From positions 372,001-436,000 of the forward strand of contig JBEUKZ010000115.1 in NCBI GenBank assembly GCA_048128005.1: 64,000 nucleotides of DNA. The letters are read 5' to 3'. This document shows positions 15,103-28,086 of the stretch, piece after piece. The DNA comes from Veleropilina oligotropha. Taxonomy: Eukaryota. The notes beneath the pieces are model-generated. The model ran no database searches and had not been told where the DNA came from. It was given only the letters and a program-made list of their open reading frames with translations. Made by a program: the position numbers and the translations under genes. Every line of letters starts with the position of its first letter. Positions within the stretch are counted from its first letter, which is position 1.

Positions 15103-15325
15103 CGGTTGCAGACTCTTAAATCACGGGCTCGATTCCAATGACACGTACAGTAGTGAGTTCGAATCTCGGTAGGGACATTGACATTATTTTATCAGTTATG
15201 AATCACAGTTGTCATTAACTAGTCGGAGAGGGCGGGATTTCCTCCAACGATAATATGGACATGTCCTGCTCTGAACCTGCTGGTTGTAAATTTACAGGAC
15301 ATTAATCATCGTTCCAATCCAATCC
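15080..15325 (+). mobile_element. Diverged copy of the SINE family; its head is part of the 58-bp repeat unit
   Basis: Colinear with the copy at about 63607-63885 (ccgctc.ga.agtcgtgtggttt...cagtagtg.gttc.aa.ctcggt...cacagttgtc...ggacatgtcctgc). Confidence 0.8.
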
Positions 15326-16288
15326 TTATACAAACTAGCATTGGTACCCGTCTCCGCCGGGCAAGTCCCCCCACCCCATTTTTTTTTTTTTTTTTTTTGG
15401 ATAGTGCTCCCTTAAATAATTTTTTTTTTTCCCGAATTTTCCGATTTTTTTTCGTGGTAAACCTTCCTTGGGGGACCCCGATTAACCCCCCAAAGTTTGA
15501 AGGTCCTAGGTCAAAGCGTCTGGGAGGAGTTCAACTTGAAACAGACACACACACAGACACACACACACACATACAATTATAGCTCCATTATATTAAGATA
15601 TATCCTGGTTTATAGGAAGACGCAGAATTGCACCATGCACTCTGTAATTTGAAATGTGCAGGTTTACTGCGTTGGTTTACATCCAGCCAGATGCCACTAA
15701 TGAGCTTATTAATATCCATTATTCTTCTGTTCCAAGTGATAGTAAAGCATCATGCGCTCCCTGCATTAACACCAGGCATGTGACAGACTGCCCCACTGAC
15801 TAATGAAGGTGATAACTGATGGTATCGGAGTCATGTGATGGAAGCGTTTATGGCCCACCTGTGGCGAGTCTTGTGATTTTTAATATAATTAGTATCATAT
15901 TGATCTCATATTTATGACGTTGAAAATGCTATTAATATGGTACACGCTCACCTTTACGATAATTGTGAAATGATCGCACTGGGCCACTCGTAATGAATTA
16001 TTTAGTTGATATTCGTGGTATGAATTAACTAAAGCAATAATATTGACGTAGGAAAGATGTACTGATTGGAGTCGGAGAGATGTAATGGTAGGAATTTTGA
16101 AACGTAACCACGTAAATAAACAATGCGTTATGGGCATTCATAAGGGGCAAAGGGATTATGTTACTTTATCGTTTCAGCACATTATAATATGTTGGTTCTG
16201 ATATACTAGTGCATGTATATATATAACGCTTATAGACTGGGTTGCTTAATATCCCAATTTAACATTCTTCAGGGTCATAGCCATATTA

Positions 16289-17558
16289 TTGTCGGGGGGA
16301 GGCTCGTTTCACCCGCCCGCACCGCCCAGTTTGTCGGGGGGAGGCTCGTTTCACCCGCCCGCACCGCCCAGTTTGTCGGGGGGAGGCTCGTTTCACCCGC
16401 CCGCACCGCCCAGTTTGTCGGGGGGAGGCTCGTTTCACCCGCCCGCACCGCCCAGTTTGTCGGGGGGGGGGCTCGTTTCACCCGCCCGCACCGCCCAGTT
16501 TGTCGGGGGGGGGGAGGCTCGTTTCACCCGCCCGCACCGCCCAGTTTGTCGGGGGGGGGGGGAGGCTCGTTTCACCCGCCTGCACCGCCCAGTTTGTCGG
16601 GGGGGGAGGCTCGTTTCACCCGCCCGCACCGCCCAGTTTGTCGGGGGGGGGGAGGCTCGTTTCACCCGCCCGCACCGCCCAGTTTGTCAGGGGGGGGGGG
16701 GAAGGCTCGTTTCACCCGCCCGCACCGCCCAGTTTGTCGGGGGGGGGGGGGAGGCTCGTTTCACCCGCCCGCACCGCCCAGTTTGTCGGGGGGGGGGAGG
16801 CTCGTTTCACCCGCCCGCACCGCCCAGTTTGTCGGGGGGGGGGGGAGGCTCGTTTCACCCGCCCGCACCGCCCAGTTTGTCGGGGGGAGGCTCGTTTCAC
16901 CCGCCCGCACCGCCCAGTTTGTCAGGGGGGGGCTCGTTTCACCCGCCCGCACCGCCCAGTTTGTCGGGGGGGGGAGGCTCGTTTCACCCGCCCGCACCGC
17001 CCAGTTTGTCGGGGGGGGGGGGGAGGCTCGTTTCACCCGCCTGCACCGCCCAGTTTGTCGGGGGGGGAGGCTCGTTTCACCCGCCCGCACCGCCCAGTTT
17101 GTCGGGGGGGGGGGGAGGCTCGTTTCACCCGCCCGCACCGCCCAGTTTGTCAGGGGGGGGGGGGGGAGGCTCGTTTCACCCGCCCGCACCGCCCAGTTTG
17201 TCGGGGGGGAGGCTCGTTTCACCCGCCCGCACCGCCCAGTTTGTCGGGGGGGGGAGGCTCGTTTCACCCGCCCGCACCGCCCAGTTTGTTGGGGGGGGGA
17301 GGCTCGTTTCACCCGCCCGCACCGCCCAGTTTGTCGGGGGGGGGGGGGGGGGCTCGTTTCACCCGCCCGCACCGCCCAGTTTGTCGGGGGGGGGGGGGGG
17401 GCTCGTTTCACCCGCCCGCACCGCCCAGTTTGTCGGGGGGGGCTCGTTTCACCCGCCCGCACCGCCCAGTTTGTCGGGGGGGCTCGTTTCACCCGCCCGC
17501 ACCGCCCAGTTTGTCGGGGGGGGGAGGCTCGTTTCACCCGCCCGCGCCGCCCAGTTTG
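16289..17558. repeat. About 42-50-bp GC-rich minisatellite with a variable poly-G tract, about 28 copies
   Basis: Unit ttgtc(G)n(a)ggctcgtttcacccgcccgcaccgcccagt. Confidence 0.96.
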
Positions 17559-17642
17559 GACAAATGTGAAGGCTAATTGAACAAAGTGACCAGTTGAAGA
17601 TTCGAACCCTGGACTCGTGTGAGCGGATTGGGGCCACACTCG

Positions 17643-17972
17643 TATAATAATAATAATAATAATTCGGAGATTTATATCGCGCTGTATCCATATATAAGCT
17701 CGCAGACGCTGTTACAATTTATTATACCTGGTTTTTAACGACCTGTTCTGATCATGCATTCATCTCCGCTCTCTTTGAGAGTATTACAGTCAAGCTGCCA
17801 CTAGTGAGTGCTACGACTAATTAACATGCCAACCAGGTACCCACTTAGGTCGGCTGGGTGAACTGAGGCACATATATGCTTATTCCTTGCCCAAGGGAAT
17901 GCACCGCGACGGGTATTGAACCCGAAACCTCTCGGTGAGAGGTCCGTGCTCTACCACTGAGCCACGGCGGCA
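17643..17972 (-). mobile_element. Second tRNA-derived SINE, CORE-like, with an (ATT)n tail
   Basis: Minus strand: A box tggctcagtgg, B box ggttcaatacc, then cccttgggcaagg...tgtgcctcagtt (CORE-like), ending in TAA repeats at 17643-17663 on +. Confidence 0.72.
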
Positions 17973-19864
17973 TATAACAGGTTACTGAGAGGCCCGTGCT
18001 CTACCACTGAGCCACGGCGGCATATAGCAGGTTATTGAGAGGCCCGTGCTCTACCGCTGAGCCACGGCGGCATATAACAGGTTATTGAGAGGTGAGAGGC
18101 CCGTGCTCTACCCCCGGCTGAGGCAGCACACATTTGTTCAAGTTATGAAGCACAGTTGTCCGTGACTGGCCGAAGAGGGCGGGTTTACCCGGCGACCGGG
18201 GTTTCCTCCCGCAATAACACGGACATGTCCTGCCTTGAACCTCGATGTTGTAAATATACAGGATATTAAGCATAATTCCTCCTCCCGTGCTCTACCACTG
18301 AGCCACGGCGGCATATATATCCACTCAACTTCCGGTGACCGCTTGTTGTAAAAATATATTTCATTAACTTGAGTGTAAAGATAAAATCAAAATACGGTTG
18401 CATAATAGGTGATCTAGAATGGACAGCACCACCTATGGAGGCGGTGTCCACTAAAAAACATGAAATCGATAAATACATAACGATCTCTCCAGTAATTGTA
18501 GTTTGTATTTGACGTAGGCTGCTCACAATCGCGTTTCGCGTCTCCTGGGTTACGATATTTCGTTACTCCTGCCTCCCATTCCCAGGTTATCGCATCGGAT
18601 GCAGGCGAATATCCATGTTAGATTACCTGCATGATGTAATATATAATAATCATAAAAATCAATATTCTCCACTCGAGACGTTCGTGAGAACACAGGTGGT
18701 GTATTTGATTCCTGTGTTTCCAACGTGTGCGCCATATGTTAGTGTTTTTGCTGCAGAACTAGAGTAACAATGCGTGGAGCAACAAGCGGAGGATATTCAA
18801 CCCAGGTGCGGCGGGATTCCCACCCAGACGAGACCTGGTTAATGCGTCTAGACTGGGCAACGCGTAATATGAACAACTTAAACCACTCAACATTCTGCTG
18901 TACAAATGCAGTGCAGATGATAAAATGATGCTAGTTTGATATCGCGTATGTGTCAACCAAACCTTGAAAATCATTGAAAATTTTAAGTTCTATGCATCGA
19001 CGAAGTGTTTACCAGTAGCCTGTTGTGTCCTTTGGTCTGTTCAGTTCATCAAGTTAGAATCTCACTGGTAGCTTGTTCTAATACTTAAAATATTACAATT
19101 AGAAATCTCTATGTTAACAGGCGCAGTTGTCCATATCTGGCTGGGGCGAGTGGGTTTCATTGGATAATTTGGGCTTTTCTCACATAATAATATAGATACA
19201 TCAGCGGGCACACCCGTTTACAAATGGGTGATTTCGTTGAAATCCCCCATTTCTTGCCCCGCACCCCACCCCCATTTTTCCCCTCAATTCCTCCATCCCC
19301 CCCAGTTTCCCCCCATTTATCCCATCAATTGTCCCCTATTTCCCCATCCCCAATTTCACCATCCCTCACACCTGCCTGCCCCCCGCCAACTATCCATCTC
19401 ATCCCCCCTCACACCTGCCTGCCCCCCGCCCACTATCCATCTCATCCCCCCTCACACCTGCCTGCCCCCCGCCCACTATCCATCTCAAGACTCTCAATGA
19501 GGTCACGATATCTCTCTATATATATAACAGTGAACTTGGCCAATTCGAATGGGCGCAGAGGTTGACAACAAACCGACTCGCACGCAAACAAACAGAATTA
19601 CTACTTTATATATATATAGATTTCAATATGACAATGGACGTTAAAATGATCGCAACAAAAAACACACAAATTAATAACAGACTTATACTCGATCTCCAGA
19701 TTTATATACATGTACTAGTTAGTATATCCGAGCCGACTGCAACAATGGGCTATATTAGAGGTTTCTGAATCAAATTTTGTTGATTTCGTTCGTTTAAATG
19801 CAATTTCAAATGAATATACCAAGTTCATTCTCCTACGCATGACATCATTGTGCTTCCCTACAAA

Positions 19865-21935
19865 CAGAATGAGGGACAGCAGGGGTGATAACTCTCTGCC
19901 TGCCGAGAATGAGGGACAGCAGGGGTGATAACTCTCTGCCTGCCCAGAATGAGGGACAGCAGGGGTGATAACTCTCTGCCTGCCGAGAATGAGGGACAGC
20001 AGGGGTGATAACTCTCTGCCTGCCCAGAATGAGGGACAGCAGGGGTGATAACTCTCTGCCTGCCCAGAATGAGGGACAGCAGGGGTGATAACTCTCTGCC
20101 TGCCCAGAATGAGGGACAGCAGGGGTGATAACTCTCTGCCTGCCCAGAATGAGGGACAGCAGGGGTGATAACTCTCTGCCTGCCCAGAACGAGGGACAGC
20201 AGGGGTGATAACTCTCTGCCTGCCCAGAATGAGGGACAGCAGGGGTGATAACTCTCTGCCTGCCCAGAATGAGGGACAGCAGGGGTGATAACTCTCTGCC
20301 TGCCGAGAATGAGGGACAGCAGGGGTGATAACTCTCTGCCTGCCCAGAATGAGGGACAGCAGGGGTGATAACTCTCTGCCTGCCCAGAATGAGGGACAGC
20401 AGGGGTGATAACTCTCTGCCTGCCCAGAATGAGGGACAGCAGGGGTAATAACTCTCTGCCTGCCCAGAATGAGGGACAGCAGGGGTGATAACTCTCTGCC
20501 TGCCCAGAATGAGGGACAGCAGGGGTGATAACTCTCTGCCTGCCCAGAATGAGGGACAGCAGGGGTGATAACTCTCTGCCTGCCCAGAATGAGGGACAGC
20601 AGGGGTGATAACTCTCTGCCTGCCCAGAATGAGGGACAGCAGGGGTGATAACTCTCTGCCTGCCCAGAACGAGGGACAGCAGGGGTGATAACTCTCTGCC
20701 TGCCCAGAATGAGGGACAGCAGGGGTGATAACTCTCTGCCTGCCCAGAATGAGGGACAGCAGGGGTGATAACTCTCTGCCTGCCCAGAATGAGGGACAGC
20801 AGGGGTGATAACTCTCTGCCTGCCCAGAATGAGGGACAGCAGGGGTGATAACTCTCTGCCTGCCCAGAATGAGGGACAGCAGGGGTGATAACTCTCTGCC
20901 TGCCCAGAATGAGGGACAGCAGGGGTGATAACTCTGCCTGCCGAGAATGAGGGACAGCAGGGGTGATAACTCTCTGCCTGCCCAGAATGAGGGACAGCAG
21001 GGGTGATAACTCTCTGCCTGCCGAGAATGAGGGACAGCAGGGGTGATAACTCTGCCTGCCGAGAATGAGGGACAGCAGGGGTGATAACTCTGCCTGCCGA
21101 GAATGAGGGACAGCAGGGGTGATAACTCTCTGCCTGCCCAGAATGAGGGACAGCAGGGGTGATAACTCTCTGCCTGCCCAGAATGAGGGACAGCAGGGGT
21201 GATAACTCTGCCTGCCGAGAATGAGGGACAGCAGGGGTGATAACTCTCTGCCTGCCCAGAATGAGGGACAGCAGGGGTGATAACTCTCTGCCTGCCCAGA
21301 ATGAGGGACAGCAGGGGTGATAACTCTCTGCCTGCCCAGAATGAGGGACAGCAGGGGTGATAACTCTCTGCCTGCCGAGAATGAGGGACAGCAGGGGTGA
21401 TAACTCTCTGCCTGCCCAGAATGAGGGACAGCAGGGGTGATAACTCTCTGCCTGCCCAGAATGAGGGACAGCAGGGGTGATAACTCTGCCTGCCGAGAAT
21501 GAGGGACAGCAGGGGTGATAACTCTCTGCCTGCCCAGAATGAGGGACAGCAGGGGTGATAACTCTCTGCCTGCCCAGAATGAGGGACATCAGGGGTGATA
21601 ACTCTGCCTGCCGAGAATGAGGGACAGCAGGGGTGATAACTCTGCCTGCCGAGAATGAGGGACAGCAGGGGTGATAACTCTCTGCCTGCCCAGAATGAGG
21701 GACAGCAGGGGTGATAACTCTCTGCCTGCCCAGAATGAGGGACAGCAGGGGTGATAACTCTGCCTGCCGAGAATGAGGGACAGCAGGGGTGATAACTCTC
21801 TGCCTGCCCAGAATGAGGGACAGCAGGGGTGATAACTCTCTGCCTGCCCAGAATGAGGGACAGCAGGGGTGATAACTCTCTGCCTGCACAGAATGAGGGA
21901 CAGCAGGGGTGATAACTCTCTGCCTGCCGAGAATG
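19865..21935. repeat. 40-bp minisatellite with 38-bp variants, about 52 copies
   Basis: Unit cagaatgagggacagcaggggtgataactctctgcctgcc. Confidence 0.97.
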
Positions 21936-22429
21936 TATCAAGTTCTATCCGAATATATTTGTCATTAAATTTATAAATTAATCCAGAAAATGCAGGTGAT
22001 CATGACATTGGACCAGGTCATTACACCAAAAAGTACATTATCTGTACCCGACTACCCGCATTCATTTATATATCCAAGACAGCATCCAATTCATGCTGAA
22101 CATCGCGCTCCTATGCTTTCTCTTACTATGTACATATCAGTAATATATGACATACTCAACTCTTCTCTACTGGAGATCACCGCAGTAAAGTAAAACTGAG
22201 CTCATATAGTCAGAATGCTCGGGTAGATAGCTGGCTATGCTAAAAAATACTGTTTCAACCAGACTGTGTCTCGACTGAATTTTTAACAACATTAAGAAAG
22301 TAATCATGCATCTGAAATCCATCTAATAGTAGAGGGGAGATAACCCATCAAAGCTTCATTTTCACACATTGGTTGAAGGGAGATAACTGTAATGTTTTAT
22401 CATAAAATGGTATTAAATGTATTTTTCAG

Positions 22430-22543
22430 GTTTTTGAAGACACTGATTTTAACAAGAAGCATAAATCTATTGGATTCAAACCCATTAACTTCTCCTGCAT
22501 CTTAAAGTTGTCGAAGTCTCAGCTGCAAGAAAAGTCTTTCAGA
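22430..22543 (+). CDS. NOC2L: NOC2L (nucleolar complex protein 2 homolog) internal coding exon, first one visible in the window
   Basis: tttttcAG|...|GTaagt, 114 nt, phase 0/0; encodes VFEDTDFNKKHKSIGFKPINFSCILKLSKSQLQEKSFR, matching the recalled Noc2 segment DFN...KPINFSVILKLS...LQEK. Confidence 0.93.
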
Positions 22544-23546
22544 GTAAGTATTTGATTTTATAGTTCATAATCTAAAATTGCCAATACATTAGGCTATTTC
22601 CAGATTTCAAGATGATGGTATTTAAAAGTTCCAAAAGATAATAGATATAAGGGGATTTTATTATTATTTAGTTTTTAATTTTTATATTAGGATAACTTGA
22701 ACATCTATATTTAATTATCTCTCTATAATGATGACATTTAAATTTAATATTATTATATCTATACATATATCTCTGTTATTATTGTCCATTGCTTGTTAAC
22801 ATCTACAATTTAACATATTTTGTATTGCTTGCACTACTTATCAATATAATGTCTATATCTCAGAGTGACTAAAAATAATTGAGCGAGTACCAGTTATGAT
22901 CATCACCAGTGTCACATTCTTGTCAGGCTCTGAATTCGCCGGCTTGATTCCGCTGACACGAACAGTACTGGGTTATAATCTCGGTTGGGACATAGGCGTT
23001 ATTTGTTCAGTTATGAATCACAGTTGTCCGTAACTGGTCAGAGAGAGCGAGTTTCCCCGGGCAACCAGGCTTTCCTCCTGTGATAATACTTTGGACCTGA
23101 TGGTTATAAATATACAGGACCTTAAACATCCAATCCAATCTTGTTGAATGTAATTCTAATACATTTATAAGATAACAGAATAATTGTAAAATTATATTTT
23201 GCTCTTCGACTTGTAAAATGAGCCAAGCCGTCAAGTGTATTTCGCATCCAATATCATATGAAGCAATCACTTATCAGTTGTGAACTGGTTAAGATCGCAA
23301 ATTTGCTTGTGGATCCAAGGAACAATGTCGATGCACTGGGGATTATCTGCAAGAATTAATAAAAATTTCACCTCATATTATAGTCTTGACAACTGTAATA
23401 AATGTTTTTGTCCATTTCTTATACTCCTTTGCTTTGAAGTAGATGGGTATGTACTGTTTCGTGTGTCCTGTATTTCTGGATCATATCTCCCAAACTGCAT
23501 AGGTTATCTCCCTTATTATACTAGTTACGCACTGACTTCTTTCCAG

Positions 23547-23648
23547 GATGGCGTGGTGGACCAGCTCTACGAGCTCCTTGTGGAGCAGTTTCACGTCCAC
23601 GCGCATACCGTCGGGTTTCCTGAGCTCGCCTTCCCGGCCATGGTCCAG
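23547..23648 (+). CDS. NOC2L: NOC2L internal coding exon
   Basis: ttccAG|...|GTaaat, 102 nt, phase 0/0; DGVVDQLYELLVEQFHVHAHTVGFPELAFPAMVQ contains the Noc2 hallmark GFPEL. Confidence 0.95.
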
Positions 23649-24052
23649 GTAAATAATGCAATGCTGTAAGGAAGTGGGATTTATTTACTGATGCTTGAAT
23701 CGACTCATGGTGATTTATATCATGTAATTTATGATCGTCTAAAGGAGTTAGGCCTTTATTTGTGCATTGACACAGTAACAGTCAAAGTTGAATAAGGATA
23801 AGAGAATTTTACCAAATTGTCTGATGTGCATGTATCATGATGAAGAACCCTGAGCCTCATTTCGATTCCAACTGAAAATTAAGCCATGTTATAAGTTAAT
23901 AATATAACTTGTCGAGCGACATCGCGGTAGTATACGGTACGTTGTACACCGTTCGACGTCAATAGGTGTACAACATACAGTCAAGATGAAGATTCAGCAA
24001 CGAATTTATCTTGCTTTTAATTTGAATTATATTTTCCCTGTCTATTAATTAA

Positions 24053-24983
24053 TTGTATCTCCCTAAACGAAAGTGTCAGGGATACGTCCGTTACGCCGCG
24101 TCCGCCGAGAGATTCCTCGTGATCGCTCTAGACAGGCCATTTCTTAATGGAATGTTTTCAAATTTGGTATGTGCATTGGTTGGGGTGAGGACACGACACC
24201 TATAGATTTTGGGTGTGGTCCAACCTCCAAGATGGCCGCTGTGGCCTCCATCTTGGATTTTAAAGCATAATTCCTTGTGATCGCTCTATACAAGCGATTT
24301 CTTAACGGAACGTTTTCAATTTGATTTGTGCATTGGTTTGGGCGAGGACACGACACCTATAGATTTTGGGTGTGGTTCAACCTCCAAGATGGCCGCCACG
24401 GCCACCATAATTGCTTGTGATCACTTTAGACTGGTCATTTCTGAACAGAATGTTTTCAAATTTGATATGTGCATTAGTTGGGGCGAGGACATGACACATA
24501 TAGATTTTGGGTGTGGTCCGACCTCCACGATGGCCGCTGTGGCTTCCATCTTGGATTTTAAAGCATAATTCCTTGTGATCGCTCTATACAAACGATTTGT
24601 TAACGGAATATTTTCAAATTTGATTTGTGCATTGGTTGGGGTGAGGACACGACACCTATAGATTTCGGGTGTGGTCCGACATCCAAGATAGCCTCCGCTG
24701 AGAGATTCCTCGTGATCGCTCTAGACAGGCTATTTCTTAACAGAATGTTTTCAAATTTGGTATGTGCATTGGTGTAGTTGACGACACGACACCTAGATAT
24801 TTTGGGTGTGGTCCAACCTCCAAGATGGTCGCCGTGGCCTCCAAGATGGTCGCCGTGGCCTCCATCTTGGATTTTAAAATGTAACCATCTTGGATTTGAA
24901 GACGTAATTCCTTGTGATCGCTCTAGACAGGTCATATTACCGGGGGATACATATGCGGTCACTCGTGACTGAGCGTTCTAGTT
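24053..24983 (+). mobile_element. Second copy of the 10299-11853 HINE-like family
   Basis: Same termini (aaacgaaagt...gggggatacatatgcggtcactcgtgactgagc..ctagtt) and the same internal units. Confidence 0.75.
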
Positions 24984-25341
24984 AACCTAACATTGTTATT
25001 TGTCACATTTTACGAGTGCAACCATTTACCTAAATGTTTACATCTAACGAAGCTGACAACATGGAATGAGCCGAGCCTCCCCGATCTCCATGGAGATGGG
25101 TAATAAGTTATTTGTACTATTCTTGTTTGAAAATGACATCAAACAGGAGGGGTATAAGAGTATTTACGTAACTAATGTCATCCAATCAGAATGGCGGATT
25201 AACGCCATAAGCAAGATAATCATTGATAACAAGACAGCTGAAGCTCGTTAGAACCTGGGTCTAATCTGAGATTGGAATAATAAATAAACTGTGAACATAT
25301 ATCTATAGCATGTCTGCATATTATTCCTGTCAGATGGTATA

Positions 25342-26271
25342 CCGTATTCGACCGTTTAAGTGCACAGTGCGGTAAAAAAATTACATTTCCTAAAAATTTG
25401 TCATCCGTTTAAGTGCACATGTCAAGGCAGAAGTAAAAAATATCTACTTTCCTCCTTCAGGATGTCAGTTTCGAACGGCACTTTGCAACAACAAAAAAAC
25501 ATCTGCGACGTAAAATAACACCAATTTATTCTGACAAGAACTATCTACGGCAAATCATTTGTAAACATCGTTACGCAACACAAAAACAATCTTATCAGCA
25601 GTTAAAACAGTCTTACTTGTTGTTGCAGCCTCCAACGAACAGAATCAATATCAATGTCACATGATTTACTAAGACTACAGGGACCGTTCATTTTCTAAAA
25701 CAAGATCCTATGCATGGGATAAACTACTCGATAGCGTTGAATAGTTCAGAGAAAAAACTTTTCTCTGAACTATTCAACGCTATCGAGTAGTTTATGTCGC
25801 TTAAAACATTTCACCATTGAACAATAGCCTCATTCCCCACCAGGTACCTCTATTGTAGTTAATTGGAGTGCATTAGTTGAATGAAAGTCTTAATTGCTGT
25901 GTATTAGTTGAATGCCTTTAAACTATTCAATGGCTGGGCCAACAAAGCTTTGTTCTTCGATTGAATAGGCAGAATAAACAACTGCCCAGAACAATAGATG
26001 GCGTCACAGAAATGTTTTAAAAGAGGACTAGGAATACCGTAGATATCCCTTCAAGCATAAATGACTGGTCCCTATCCATATGACGTCGCTGTAACCTCGC
26101 TTCCGTATTGCAGAAAAGCATGGCGACACCAAAGCCAGCTGAAACCGCTGAGAGTACCTTTGAATTTCACTCGGTTGTTCGTGGATTTCACATTTATAAA
26201 CATTTCTTGACACAAGACAACTTGGGAGTGGGCACTTAATAGGGCATGTGTGCTTAAACGGTCGAATACGG
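25342..26271. mobile_element. Tc1/mariner-type (pogo-like) MITE
   Basis: TIR ccgtattcgaccgtttaag / cttaaacggtcgaatacgg, flanked by TA on both sides. Confidence 0.83.
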
Positions 26272-27165
26272 TATTTATATCTTAGACGAGCTTCAATCTG
26301 AGACTAAAATTAACCATATTTTATTATTCTGATAGTATCCTTTTAAGCCATGGCATCATTACCATAATAATACCCAATTAATATTTGGTATGCAATGGGT
26401 TAACTCTTTACCTGCTGTGTAGAATCAGTACCTCAATGAGAGTTGGACAGCATTATTTTGCTGCCACCCGAGGCCAAAGCGTTATTTTGCCACCCCTTCT
26501 ATTAGTTTGAAGTGTTTTAACATCCTTATATTTAATTGGGTATTTAATAGTCATTCAACACACTAACCTCTTATACCTGTATAACTGGTCGGTGAGACTA
26601 CTATTCTGGTCTATGCGGTGTGATGCAGTAAGTTCCTTCTTATTTCTGTTCCCCTTTATGGCCCGCCTGTTCCATGGGCAGGGCTATAGTCGTGGACTGG
26701 CGTCCGTCGGCGTCGGCTGAACCGCTGGACCTATGCTTTTCATATTTGGTATTACCGTATACACTTTGTATACCATCAGGCCTTGCCTAAGTTCAAAGAT
26801 GTGGTCACTGGGTCAAAGGTCAAGATCATTTTCGTGTATTTCCAATCTGGACTTGGAAGATTGCTTTCTGTCAAATAGAAGACGAACCGCTGGACCTACG
26901 CTTTTCATATTTGGTATGCACCTTGTATACCATCAGGCCTTGCCTAAGTTCAAAGGTGGGGTCTGGGTCAAAGGTCAAGGTCGTTTTCATGTATTTCCAA
27001 TCTGGACTTGAAAGATTGCTTTCTGTCATATAAAAGATGAACCGCTCGTCCTATGCTTTTCATATTTGGTATACACCTTTTGTACCATCAGGCCTTGCCT
27101 ATGTTCAAAGATGGACTTGGAAGATTGCTTTCTGTCAGATAAAAGACAAACCACTAGACCTACGC

Positions 27166-28086
27166 TTTTTATACCCCCGGTTTCCAATGGGGGGATCTTG
27201 CAATCGCCCAGTCTGTCTGTCCATCCATCTGTATGTAATCGATATTGTTTCCAGAGCATATCTCTTACACCGCTCGACATAACTTTACGATACTTACGAT
27301 AAGTAGTCGGTGAACTGGTGCCTTTTGCCAGTTTCGACGTTGACCGGCAATTATTAACAGAGTTACTGCCCTTGTTGTAAATTCCCTAATGTTATATTTT
27401 CCGGACCGTATCTCATACACCGTGCCTTTTGCCAGTTTCGACGTTGCGCGGCGATTATTAACAGAGTTACTGCCCTTGTTGTAAATTCGCTAATGTTATC
27501 TTTTCCGGACCGTATCTCATAAACAGCTCAACATAACTTTACGATACATGCAGGGTGTATTAAGTGTTCGGTAAACTGGTGCCTTTTGCCACTTGAGACT
27601 TTTATCGGTGATTATTAACAGAGTTACTGCCCTTGTTGTAAATTTGCAAATGTTATCTTTTCTGTACCGTATCTCATATACCGTTCAACATAACTTTAGG
27701 AAACTTGCTGGGTGTATTAAGTAGTTGGTGAAATGGTGCCTTTTGCTAATTGCAACGCTGTGCGGCGATTACTAACAGAGTTATTGCCCTTGTTGTAAAT
27801 TTGTTAATTTCTCTTTTCCGGAGCATATCTCATAAACCGATTGGCATATCTTTATGAAATTTGGTGGGTGTATTTAGTAGTCGGTGAAATGGTGCCTTTT
27901 TCGACGTTGTGCGGCAATTCATAACAGAGTTATTGCCCTTGTTGTAAATTCGTTAATATTTTCTTTGGAATTAACCATTGCGGGGGATATTGACTGTTCT
28001 GCCTTCTTGCTTACACTTAAAAGCAGGGATGTAGTGTAAAATGAACGCTCCACCGGGGGGATACGTCTTCTTCTGATGACTCTTGT
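27166..28086 (+). mobile_element. Nested HINE-like element with internal repeats (taacagagttactgcccttg core)
   Basis: Subterminal IR tacccccgg/ccggggggata, (gtct)/(atcc) microsatellite, about five diverged units. Confidence 0.68.

Noticed and set aside
13163..21941. Long ORFs (up to 724 aa) in the 58-, 42- and 40-bp arrays
   Set aside because: Translations of tandem units in several frames and strands, no domain motifs, inside a NOC2L intron.
1..22429. Upstream NOC2L exons or another gene
   Set aside because: I found no Noc2-like or other recognisable coding exon by eye; treated as intron, though short exons could be missed.
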